Positions 56,083 through 64,000 of a stretch of DNA of 64,000 nt are shown piece by piece; the first letter of the stretch is position 1, and each line of letters begins with the position of its first letter. Origin of the DNA: a virus; IMG/VR virus record IMGVR_UViG_3300047994_000087, positions 1 to 64,000 of that record. One strand, given 5' to 3'. A model generated the notes under the pieces. It was not told where the DNA came from. It ran no database searches and saw only the letters and a list, made by a program, of their open reading frames with translations. The position numbers were made by a program, and so were the translations under genes.

Positions 56083-57057
56083 TTATGTCCAACACTCTTC
56101 CCATGTTCCTGAAAGATTGGACTTCGAATAACTAGTCGACCTTGTCTCAAAAAAATTTGCATGTTCCTGTGCGGCCAGCATCTCGTCCATCCATGGGAGA
56201 GGATTGGAAAGCAGATCAGAAAACACAGGAGACAGGCCCATCTCTTGTAGGCGTTTGTTGGTGACGTACCTTATATAGTCCTTTAGTTCTTCCTTGTTGA
56301 GGCCATCCACAGGACCGAGATTGAAAGCTAGGTCAATGAAGTGCTCCTCCAGGCGGACAGCATCAAAGGCAGCCTGCACAATGTAACCGCGCAGCTCTGG
56401 GGTCCAGAACTCTGGGCTCTCTTCCTTCATAGTGTTGAAGATCTTGATCATGAACTGGCAATGCAGGTCCTCGTCCCTTGATATAAAGGTAGTCAACTGC
56501 CCCATGCCGGTCATCAACCCCCGTTTGGCGAAGGACAGGAGGATGGCGAAGGCGCTGAACAGCTGCATTCCCTCCCCGAACCCTGAGCATATGGCGATGT
56601 CCAAAAGCATCTTGGAGCCAGTAGGCAGGCTCTCTGTGCGCTTCTTGGTGATGAATTGGTGTTTCTCCATCATCTCTGGTATGTCTATGAACTCACTGTA
56701 TGACGATTCAGACATACCCAGCGTGTCGATGGTAAGGGCGTAACTCTGCTGGTGGATAGCTTCGATGTTTGCTATGGCCAGGAGGGCTGAGCGGACCTCA
56801 GGAGTTGGAAAGTTTGGGATGTACTTGTCGCAGTAGACGCCTGCCACGTCCGTGTCAGCACTGGCTAGGAACTTTTGCACCTGCTCCAGGAGGTGTTTCT
56901 CTTCTGCTGTTAGCTTGGAACGCCACTGTTGTATGTCTGCTTGTAGAGACACTTCCGCTGGAATCCAGTGGAGCTTGTTCTGGTGTTCAAAGAACTCAAA
57001 AGCCCAAGGGTAGTCGAACGGTTTGTAGGATGTGCGGGTGCCTTGGAATAACGCCAT
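56083..57057 (-). CDS. nrdB: Ribonucleotide reductase class Ia beta subunit
   Basis: ADTDV, EAIHQQSY (radical Tyr), EGMQLFSAF, RDEDLH, NFFE. Confidence 0.95.
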   Translation of the reverse strand: MALFQGTRTSYKPFDYPWAFEFFEHQNKLHWIPAEVSLQADIQQWRSKLTAEEKHLLEQVQKFLASADTDVAGVYCDKYIPNFPTPEVRSALLAIANIEAIHQQSYALTIDTLGMSESSYSEFIDIPEMMEKHQFITKKRTESLPTGSKMLLDIAICSGFGEGMQLFSAFAILLSFAKRGLMTGMGQLTTFISRDEDLHCQFMIKIFNTMKEESPEFWTPELRGYIVQAAFDAVRLEEHFIDLAFNLGPVDGLNKEELKDYIRYVTNKRLQEMGLSPVFSDLLSNPLPWMDEMLAAQEHANFFETRSTSYSKSNLSGTWEECWT

Positions 57058-57075
57058 GTAATTCTCCTGAGAAGA

Positions 57076-59814
57076 TTAACCAGAACAGGACTCACATTCT
57101 GCTGCGGTGTCGAAGGTAACGCTTCGACCTGTTCTGATAGGTATTGTACGCATGTAATAGAGGGTCTTTAGCTTGTTGCGCCATGCCGCTAAGTGCACCT
57201 TATTAACATACTTCCGTGAGGCCTCCGCTGGAAAAAACAGATTCAGTGATTGCGACTGGCACACAAATTGTTGACGGTCAGCAGCCAGTTTGATCAAGTG
57301 CATCTGGTTTATTTCAGCTGCTGTTTTGAATACGTCTTTCTCCCAGTCATCGAGACAGTCCAGGTTCTGCACACTGCCCCCATCGTTTAGGATCTGAGAC
57401 CACCATTCTCTAACATCTCTTTCGCGGTTTGCTGTTCTTACACATACTCCACCACCAGGAAGTAACAGATCTTCTGGATACAGCTCAATGGCCTTCTCCT
57501 GCAACACGATGTCTAGCTGCTTATTCTTCATGGTGAGAGCGCCTGACACTGTCTTCTGTACAAAGATATTGGTCGACCATGGCTCTATGGACGGACTGGT
57601 GCCTGCTATGATCGCCGTGCTTGCGTTCGGAGCAATAGCTAACATATGGCTGAAACGATCTTTCTTCAGTCCCTCAGCTGCCCCTCTTTCAACAGCCAGA
57701 ACTTCATTAGCTCTGATCGAGCATTCCTTTATATAGGAAAACATCTGAAGATTCATTCCAATGGCAGCAGGAGTTCCAACTGGGATCATGTGAGACTGTA
57801 GGTAAGAGTGGAAACCCATGGCCCCCAGTCCTATAGATCGCTCCTGTCTAGCTGAATAGACAGCTTTGGACAGTTGAAGAGGGGCATTGTTTATGAAGTC
57901 TTGTAGGACGTTGTCGAGGAACTCTATAGCGTCTTCTATAAATCCAGGGGTATTCTTCCACTCGTCATACTTCTCCAGGTTGACGCTAGAAAGGCAGCAC
58001 ACAGCTGTTCGGTCTTCATTAGTTGGAAGTGTGATCTCGACGCAGTTACCGGCCAACACACCATTAAATATACCTTTATGCTGAAGAGGTTCATTGAAAC
58101 AATAAGTAGCGTCATAACGCCCTTCATCCGTTATCTTTTTAACTTTAACAAACTGCTCCGCATTTCTATTAGGAACATGCTCTTCTAGTTGAATACGTGT
58201 CGTAGTCATCCCCAACTTTAGGAGCTGCAAAATACCGTTAGCACCAATAAGCAGTCTATGAGATTCCCTACAATCAAAGAGAGCGGACCCCCCGTGCCCA
58301 TCGGGCATTAACCTTCTTCCAGCTTCCTGTCCGTTTGTTACCTTACTGCTGACTCCAAGCGTCTGAAGCATCAAACGAACGTCGTTAATAAAATCTAGAT
58401 TTACAGAATGGATTTGCAAAGCAGGTGTTTTGCCATTGAGGCACAGACAACCATCTGAGTCTAATAAACCTGCGAACCAATCCAACCTAGATTTTATGGA
58501 GTAACGAAAGGGAACAGAGTACTTTTCATAGGGTTTAACCAGCACACGAGTCCTATCTTGCTCCGGTTGGTATGACTGCACAGAGCTTGTTGCCAATCGA
58601 GGCAACACGGATAGCTTGACTCCATATAGGTCTATATGCTTTGATCCTTTGACATTGTCTGAACCATCTCCCGTATAAAAACCTTGTGTGTATGCATCCT
58701 CAAGCTCTTCAGTAAATTCAATGACTGGGTATGTACACTTCTGTAACTTATCCCCTGGTTTAAGGTCTTTAGCATCTACAACATGAAGACCGAGTTTATT
58801 CAAGCCAGTTCCTCTGAAGTAACCGGTTTGAGTGTGGAATTTATGGTACTCAGTGCATTCCAGCGTACTGCCATCGCTAAATTCCACCTTAATGAGTTTT
58901 GCACCATCTGACGTTTTCTCTATTCGGGACTTAGAGAATTGTTGTCCGTTCCATACTTTCATTTGCTTACCGGCAGCATCTGATATTTGAATCCAACCCA
59001 TGTCAGTGAGTATCTTAGTCTCAGGGGCAACGCAAAGATTTGAACCGTTGATCTTCAGTCCTTGCTCCTTTAAATCTGGGTGCATATTGCGGTTGCACTC
59101 ATCAATGAAAACCAGATAGGGCTCTCCTGTTTGTGCACGTGTCTCTAAGATCTCAGACCACAGATCGCGTGCCTGAACCACCTGAGTCACTTCTTTAGAG
59201 TGTGGGTCTATAAGCGCCCATTCGTCTCCAGCTTCTACGGCTTCCATAAAGGCATCGGTTATTACTAGGCCATGGTGCATGTTCAAATTCTTTCTATGCA
59301 CATCACCTCCGGTTGGTTTACGCATGCTGACAAATTCAAAAATTTCAGGGTGCCCAACGTGCAGAAAAGCAGCATGTGCTGCTTGCCTAACTGATCCTTG
59401 GTTGCACGCCAGGGTGTAAGAGTCGTCTACGTGGAGGAACTGAAGTGCACCTGTAGACACTGTGCCACGAGAAGTCTTCTGACCAGCTGAGCGGACATCT
59501 GACCAGTGGCTGCCAACGCCGCCACCGCTTAGGCCCATCCACATAATCTCTTCAAAGTGACTAGCAAGGCCTTCTCTAGAGTCAGGAACATAGGTCAAGA
59601 AACAACTAATAGGAAGTGCGCGATCAGTGCCCCCATTAGCCAAAATTGGAGAGGCTGGTATTAGCCACAAGTCTTCAAAGTACTGGAGTAGTCGTTTGGA
59701 ATGAGAGGGATTACTTCCGTAATACTTAGCGACTCTTCTAAAAATGTCTTCTGGTGTCTCATCTCCGACAGTGTAGCGTCCTTGTAAAACTGTGCGGGAA
59801 TGAAGGTCGAGCAT
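57076..59814 (-). CDS. nrdA: Ribonucleotide reductase class Ia alpha subunit, no ATP cone, intein-containing
   Basis: PISCFL, GGGVG, GSNL|C.EI, AIAPNAS, KTLYY, C-terminal CESCSG. Confidence 0.95.
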   Translation of the reverse strand: MLDLHSRTVLQGRYTVGDETPEDIFRRVAKYYGSNPSHSKRLLQYFEDLWLIPASPILANGGTDRALPISCFLTYVPDSREGLASHFEEIMWMGLSGGGVGSHWSDVRSAGQKTSRGTVSTGALQFLHVDDSYTLACNQGSVRQAAHAAFLHVGHPEIFEFVSMRKPTGGDVHRKNLNMHHGLVITDAFMEAVEAGDEWALIDPHSKEVTQVVQARDLWSEILETRAQTGEPYLVFIDECNRNMHPDLKEQGLKINGSNLCVAPETKILTDMGWIQISDAAGKQMKVWNGQQFSKSRIEKTSDGAKLIKVEFSDGSTLECTEYHKFHTQTGYFRGTGLNKLGLHVVDAKDLKPGDKLQKCTYPVIEFTEELEDAYTQGFYTGDGSDNVKGSKHIDLYGVKLSVLPRLATSSVQSYQPEQDRTRVLVKPYEKYSVPFRYSIKSRLDWFAGLLDSDGCLCLNGKTPALQIHSVNLDFINDVRLMLQTLGVSSKVTNGQEAGRRLMPDGHGGSALFDCRESHRLLIGANGILQLLKLGMTTTRIQLEEHVPNRNAEQFVKVKKITDEGRYDATYCFNEPLQHKGIFNGVLAGNCVEITLPTNEDRTAVCCLSSVNLEKYDEWKNTPGFIEDAIEFLDNVLQDFINNAPLQLSKAVYSARQERSIGLGAMGFHSYLQSHMIPVGTPAAIGMNLQMFSYIKECSIRANEVLAVERGAAEGLKKDRFSHMLAIAPNASTAIIAGTSPSIEPWSTNIFVQKTVSGALTMKNKQLDIVLQEKAIELYPEDLLLPGGGVCVRTANRERDVREWWSQILNDGGSVQNLDCLDDWEKDVFKTAAEINQMHLIKLAADRQQFVCQSQSLNLFFPAEASRKYVNKVHLAAWRNKLKTLYYMRTIPIRTGRSVTFDTAAECESCSG
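58045..59034 (-). mobile_element. Intein (330 aa) with LAGLIDADG homing endonuclease in NrdA
   Basis: Starts CVAPETKILT, block B CTEYHKF, GFYTGDG and AGLLDSDG, ends GVLAGN before extein Cys; removal restores SNLCVEI. Confidence 0.93.
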
Positions 59815-59955
59815 CTGTATAACTCCAAGAGAATAAAAAGCCTGCCCCTAATCGACCGGGACAAACAAGTGGGATATTGCATTGGCGAAGTTGGTCTATT
59901 GTCTCTCCGTGGAGAGGGCCAACTTATAAATCTGAGGGGATCGTTGAAAGGGATC

Positions 59956-60264
59956 TCAGTGATCTACAGACTGTTTAGAAAGCGCCGAGACGGCCACTCT
60001 TTCCACTTCAAAGGTTAACTCTTGGCCGTTCCTTATAAGGGTAATTGTGACCAGTGATCCAGCAGGTCCTTCAGGAAGTAGTGAGGTTATTTTGTCTCCT
60101 CTTCGTATGCCAACACGATCAGCAGGCCCATCTTTATAGACTCGGATCACTGAATGGGTAAAGGCATTCCACGTAAGACCAACACGTCCTGGCTCGTCTG
60201 TTTGACTGACCCCTCCAGAGAGGATGGCAGCTATCCAAAAATTGACTACGTGGTTCCAGATCAT
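59956..60264 (-). CDS. Small PDZ-domain protein with hydrophobic N-terminus
   Basis: GRVGL..VIRVYKDGPADRVGIRRGDKI..G..VTITLIRNG. Confidence 0.8.
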   Translation of the reverse strand: MIWNHVVNFWIAAILSGGVSQTDEPGRVGLTWNAFTHSVIRVYKDGPADRVGIRRGDKITSLLPEGPAGSLVTITLIRNGQELTFEVERVAVSALSKQSVDH

Positions 60265-60403
60265 GTGTCGGTGTTCCTCTTTAGAGACCGACTCAAGTAT
60301 GTGTGCACCGATAAAGACCGATTGGAAAAGTGCAAGTTTTCAAGCATCGGTTGTGGTGGCGTTTACAGTCGTGAGACTTCGCATTCCTTTTGGAGACTTC
60401 GTT

Positions 60404-61189
60404 TTGAGTAACACAGAAACTATTCTGGTGATTCCAGACGCCCATGCAACTCCTGGAATACCAAATGACCGATTCAGACGTCTGGGAAATTACATAGTTC
60501 ACATGAAACCAGACCTAGTTTTGTGCCTGGGAGATTTTGCGCATATGGGCTCATTGAGCGAGTTTGACAAAGGAACCGTGAAAGCGCATGGACAATATTA
60601 TGAGGCGGACATACGAGTCTCCATTGATGCGAATGAACAATTATGGAAACCATTACACCAACACAATAAAGCTTTATTACGAAGTGGAAGCGCTCCCTAT
60701 AATCCACGTAAAGTGATGTTGTATGGCAATCACGAATTCCGCATCATGAGGGCGGCTTCAAAAAATCCAGAGCTTTGGAATTGGATCACTGTCGATGATC
60801 TAGAATACGAAAAGTTTGGATGGGAGACTGTGCCATTCAAAACAATTTTCAACTATAACGACATTCTTTTCGCCCACTTTTTTACTGATGGGTTAAAAGA
60901 CATGTCCATAGGAGGGGTTAACGCAGCTCGTCGTCTAACAATGCAAGATGCTCGTACCAGAATCATGGGGCATTCTCACACACTCCAGTTTTCCTATACT
61001 GGCAGAGGTAGAAAACGCTTTGGCCTGGTTGCAGGTTGTTACTTCGATCATGTGGAAGATTATCTCAGTCCTGAAGCTCAGGAAGATTGGTGGAGAGGAG
61101 TAGTTTGGCTCGACCGGGTAACTAAAGATGGCCAATGCGACCCATACTTTATTCCAATGTCTGCAATTCAAGAAAGGTATGATTTTTAG
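60404..61189 (+). CDS. Calcineurin-like metallophosphoesterase
   Basis: IPDAH, LGDF, YGNHE, FAH, MGHSH; TTG 60404 with GGAG RBS preferred over 60224. Confidence 0.88.
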   Translation: MSNTETILVIPDAHATPGIPNDRFRRLGNYIVHMKPDLVLCLGDFAHMGSLSEFDKGTVKAHGQYYEADIRVSIDANEQLWKPLHQHNKALLRSGSAPYNPRKVMLYGNHEFRIMRAASKNPELWNWITVDDLEYEKFGWETVPFKTIFNYNDILFAHFFTDGLKDMSIGGVNAARRLTMQDARTRIMGHSHTLQFSYTGRGRKRFGLVAGCYFDHVEDYLSPEAQEDWWRGVVWLDRVTKDGQCDPYFIPMSAIQERYDF

Positions 61190-61192
61190 TTC

Positions 61193-61222
61193 TTGACGGC
61201 TTAATCGCTACTCTGCTATTAT
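61193..61222 (+). promoter_or_regulatory. Sigma70 promoter with extended -10, probably leaderless
   Basis: TTGACG-18 nt-TATTAT preceded by TGC; ATG 61229 starts 7 nt after the -10 with no RBS. Confidence 0.55.
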
Positions 61223-61228
61223 CGTAAC

Positions 61229-61641
61229 ATGAGTAAAGAACAAAAGATGCACACACGCATTTAAAAATACATGCTTTGGGTCTTTGTTGGACCTGTTATC
61301 AACGCTACAAGAAAAGCTCAGAGTATGTAAACCTCAGACCACGACAGCCTGAAGTTCCTATTTGTGAGCACAAAAATCGGGCAGTCCGCGCCAAAGGATT
61401 GTGTGGCTCATGCTATGACAAATCAATCTACAAATCAAAGCCTAGAAAACTTATGGTAAACAGTGCATGTGGGCACTTAGTGGCAAAGTCAATTAACGAC
61501 AAAATGACAGAAATTGTTGAGGATCTAAGAGCACTCGGTAAAGACAAATGTTTTGAAATTTTAGACGTATTGTTTATAGATGAAGATTGTTGCTGGTTCA
61601 ATATGTATATTAACCATTGGGGGCGCTTGTCGAATAGTTAA
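61229..61641 (+). pseudogene. Frameshifted Cys/His-motif protein (endonuclease-associated zinc-binding repeats)
   Basis: MSKEQK, RCTH and KIHALGLCWTCY lie in three different frames; intact CEH..AKGLCGSCY in 61276-61641. Confidence 0.45.
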
Positions 61642-61666
61642 AAAACTCAGCATCCCCAACACAACA

Positions 61667-61700
61667 AAGGCTTAGAGACGAGTAATGTCCTCTAAGCCTT
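61667..61700. terminator. Hairpin terminator downstream of the tRNA 3' fragment
   Basis: AAGGCTTAGAG...CTCTAAGCCTT 11-bp inverted repeat. Confidence 0.7.
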
Positions 61701-61733
61701 ATTTCTTATTCAGTTTTGTCGGGCACCGCCGCT

Positions 61734-61754
61734 GGTGTACAAACAAGTGTACAA
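61734..61754 (+). repeat. Candidate integrase arm-type site, left copy
   Basis: GGTGTACAAACAAGTGTACAA, identical to 61982-62002. Confidence 0.75.
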
Positions 61755-61779
61755 AATATCGATGCTGTCCCGAAAGTCT

Positions 61780-61822
61780 TGGGCGGTGAGAGACTCGAAC
61801 TCCCAACCCCCTCGGTGTAAAC
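61780..61822 (-). tRNA. 3' half of tRNA-Val(TAC), interpreted as the att core (not a complete tRNA)
   Basis: Minus strand GTTTACACCGAGGGGGTTGGGAGTTCGAGTCTCTCACCGCCCA: anticodon loop TTTACAC, T-arm GGGAG-TTCGAGT-CTCTC, acceptor 3' strand; 5' half absent. Confidence 0.85.
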
Positions 61823-61981
61823 CAAACGGGCGACTTTTGTCGGTGTTTTCAAGGGTCGCCCTTGCCGGAAAGTAGCATCAAAGCATATCTATTACATATG
61901 CGGAGATAGTGCTTTAGTGGGTAATTCAGAGAGCCAGATTAACAAACAGACATCCTCTTTGCAAGGATCAGTGGTATCACA

Positions 61982-62002
61982 GGTGTACAAACAAGTGTAC
62001 AA
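61982..62002 (+). repeat. Candidate integrase arm-type site, right copy
   Basis: GGTGTACAAACAAGTGTACAA, identical to 61734-61754. Confidence 0.75.
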
Positions 62003-62033
62003 GTCGAAGCCGACCCGCAAGAGAAGGAAGAAA

Positions 62034-63263
62034 GTGAAAGACAACAAGCTAGCCTTCACTCAGGGCTTCATGGAGCGCCTAGAAGCAGATAAGGTCCGCC
62101 AAAAGTTTTGGGACACTAAAGTCAATGGGCTGATGGTTGAAGTGATGCCTTCGGGGTCCAAGATCTTCCGCTTTCGTAGGACTATCAAAGGTAAAATTGA
62201 AACCAGTACGATAGGTCCCTACCCGTCCATCTCCCTGGAGGAAGCTCGTGACGAAGCGGTACGTTTGTCAGCTAAGCTTGTAGACGGAGCATCCTTTATA
62301 AACAATCGGCAGGCTGCACGAGATGAGTTAACCCTTGAGGGTCTGTTCGATCTGTACTTCAACCTTCACGTTGAGGGGGCCTGCGAGACAGCCGATGAGC
62401 TTCGTAAGGAGTCTAAAAGGTATTGGAGTAGACTGTTGCCCTTGAAGCTATCGGCCATATCCTCATTGGATATTCAAGAGCAGAAGGCTAGGTTGGCCAA
62501 AGGCGAAAAGGGTAAGACCCACAAGCACAGGTCTAACAAGGCCCTTGATCTGGTTAAGGCCGCTTTCGCATGGGGCGTTCTTAATGCAGGAGTGAAGGAG
62601 AACCCAGCCAAAGGGGTGAAGAACTTTACTACTCAATCCCGTGAGCGCATCATCGCACCTGAAGAGTATGAGCCTCTCATGAGGGCCATCGCCTGTTATC
62701 CAGATAAACGGATCAGGGACTTCTTCTTTATGTGCCTATACACAGGTGCTCGTTCTGGCAAGGTCATGTCTATGAAGTGGTCTGACATCGACTTCACTCT
62801 GGAACGTTGGTTGATTGGCAAGGATAAGAACAAGGACTCCAATCATGTGCCCTTGTCGGAAGCTGCCCTCTCAATCCTCCGTGCACGTTATAAGGAACGT
62901 GGAGCTATCCAATGGGTCTTTCCTGGAGGGCAAGTGCATCAGCCGACCACTAACCATCTAACAGAACCTAAATCCGCATGGAAGAAGATTCTTAAATGGG
63001 CTTCTGGCGAAGTACCCAACATAACAGACCTACGTATTCACGATCTGCGCAGATCACTTGGTTCGTACATGGCCATGGCAGGGGAGAACACTGCCACCAT
63101 TCAGAAGGTACTGGGACATAAATCACTACAAGCCGCTAGTCGCTATCAGCGAGTGAACAACACAGCTGCTCAAGATGCTACTAACAAGGCAGTCAATTTG
63201 ATGTCCATTATGGCTAACTCCTCACAGCAAGATAAAACCAAAAACAAAGAATCCATATCCTAG
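62034..63263 (+). CDS. int: Tyrosine integrase with N-terminal arm-binding domain
   Basis: WDTKVNGL..V.PSG.K.F..IGPYP.ISLEEAR arm domain; YTGAR, KDKN, HDLRR, LGH, SRY catalytic residues; GTG 62034 preferred over 61917. Confidence 0.93.
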   Translation: MKDNKLAFTQGFMERLEADKVRQKFWDTKVNGLMVEVMPSGSKIFRFRRTIKGKIETSTIGPYPSISLEEARDEAVRLSAKLVDGASFINNRQAARDELTLEGLFDLYFNLHVEGACETADELRKESKRYWSRLLPLKLSAISSLDIQEQKARLAKGEKGKTHKHRSNKALDLVKAAFAWGVLNAGVKENPAKGVKNFTTQSRERIIAPEEYEPLMRAIACYPDKRIRDFFFMCLYTGARSGKVMSMKWSDIDFTLERWLIGKDKNKDSNHVPLSEAALSILRARYKERGAIQWVFPGGQVHQPTTNHLTEPKSAWKKILKWASGEVPNITDLRIHDLRRSLGSYMAMAGENTATIQKVLGHKSLQAASRYQRVNNTAAQDATNKAVNLMSIMANSSQQDKTKNKESIS

Positions 63264-63512
63264 ATATTCATCTCACACGTCTCCCTGCTGACATCTTGTA
63301 ACAATTAGACACATAGCCATTTTTTCACAATATCCCCATAATGGGCGATGTGCGGTGGTTTGGTGTTCACGTAGAGTTCAACTAGAACTGTCTAGATAGA
63401 ATTAAGCGGGAACCTTCACTTAATCTTTCCCTCCCTACAGGTAGTATGCAAAAGCACCCATGTAGCTAATAAGCCACTAGATGTGTATTCGCCACCAACA
63501 CAGGATTAGAGA

Positions 63513-63827
63513 ATGACCAACACTAACAAACAGGCTGGCCCCATTTTGCGGCTAGCCTACAATCCAATCACCAAACAAATATGTGCCCCAGTTCTCCAGA
63601 TGGGTAAGGCCAGTCGCAAGATAGCTCACCGGTTTCCTGAAAACGTTTGGACACTAGAGATGAGTAATCAGATTGTTGTGGAAGAGTTCAACAGCGTTGA
63701 AGACATGGAAGCTTTTATTGAAGAGTTCGAAATAGTGTGCGAGCGTAATGCACATCTACTTGCTGCTTACGCTAGGACTGTAACCCCTCAACCAGTAACA
63801 ACTGGGGATCACCCTTGCGTGGAGTAG
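63513..63827 (+). CDS. Hypothetical protein
   Basis: 104-aa ORF with AGGA RBS. Confidence 0.5.
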   Translation: MTNTNKQAGPILRLAYNPITKQICAPVLQMGKASRKIAHRFPENVWTLEMSNQIVVEEFNSVEDMEAFIEEFEIVCERNAHLLAAYARTVTPQPVTTGDHPCVE

Positions 63828-64000
63828 TCCATGCTTCACACACCCAAATTTTTTCCGATGGCACCCTTGTTACTGTCACATGTTCCAAACGATCTACCGT
63901 ATCCTTAACCAAGTAAGCAGCCTTAAACGCTTGCTTACTTGTTTTGCACACAACGTGCAAGCAGTGTCGGTCCATAGTGGCTTTGGTGTATGAAACCTTT

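Larger units (their letters stand above)
1..64000. mobile_element. Segment of a large, probably temperate myovirus genome (T4-like head and tail gene families)
   Basis: Contiguous portal, protease, capsid, sheath, tube, baseplate, terminase, replication and RNR genes plus an integrase and att-like site; no host housekeeping operons on either side of the att site. Confidence 0.95.

Noticed and set aside
53393-59814. Hypermodified-base (e.g. dZ, 7-deazaguanine, hmU) synthesis pathway
   Set aside because: dNMP kinase, MazG-like, DUF4406 and RNR are generic; no PurZ, Que/DpdA or hydroxymethylase gene is visible in this window.
59888-59925. Hairpin AAGTTGGTC..CTCTC-CGTG-GAGAG..GGCCAACTT upstream of nrdA as a riboswitch
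   Set aside because: A single stem with no recognisable aptamer motif; its wobble pair favours the strand opposite to nrdA.
61780-61860. Complete tRNA-Val gene
   Set aside because: Upstream of the anticodon loop the 5' anticodon strand does not pair and no D-arm or 5' acceptor strand is present; only the 3' half exists.
61917-62033. N-terminal extension of the integrase given in the ORF track
   Set aside because: It runs through the arm-type repeat (translated VYKQVYK); the arm-binding domain and a purine-rich RBS point to GTG 62034.
63308-63368. Possible structured RNA downstream of the integrase
   Set aside because: The stem depends on many G-U pairs and bulges and cannot be told from chance without folding statistics or covariation.
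1-64000. Stop-codon reassignment
   Set aside because: Conserved genes are full length in the standard code, and TAA, TAG and TGA all end genes at sensible positions.

Overview
The whole window reads as part of one large myovirus genome with T4-like gene families; no host chromosomal DNA is evident. It has four blocks. (1) 1-9.5 kb (+): replication/recombination genes (primase, family-A polymerase with a degenerate UDG-like N-domain, UvsY-like, gp32-like SSB, bacterial-type RecA, SbcD/SbcC). (2) 10.5-49.3 kb (-): a complete contractile-tail virion cluster (portal, protease-scaffold, major capsid, neck, sheath, tube, tape measure, hub, spike, PAAR, baseplate, fibre, GH108 endolysin, papain-like protease). 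(3) 49.4-51.8 kb (+): a divergent terminase pair. (4) 52-61 kb: nucleotide metabolism (dNMP kinase, MazG-like, class Ia RNR with a LAGLIDADG intein), then a tyrosine integrase beside an attP-like site, i.e. the 3' half of tRNA-Val(TAC) flanked by an exact 21-bp direct repeat. The phage is therefore probably temperate. RecA signatures and a recurrent domain suggest a Cyanobacteriota host, possibly Melainabacteria (inference from recall, not a search). Most unusual observations: one ~100-aa domain present seven times in five unrelated virion proteins; a shared N-terminal SRA[GS]xL[IL]xxxE motif on three small late proteins (candidate capsid-targeting signal); a free-standing Hint-fold gene with all splicing residues replaced; a four-palindrome/double-hairpin element after terL; and a central spike apparently split over three genes. 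All calls come from motif reading and synteny only; no searches or folding programs were run.
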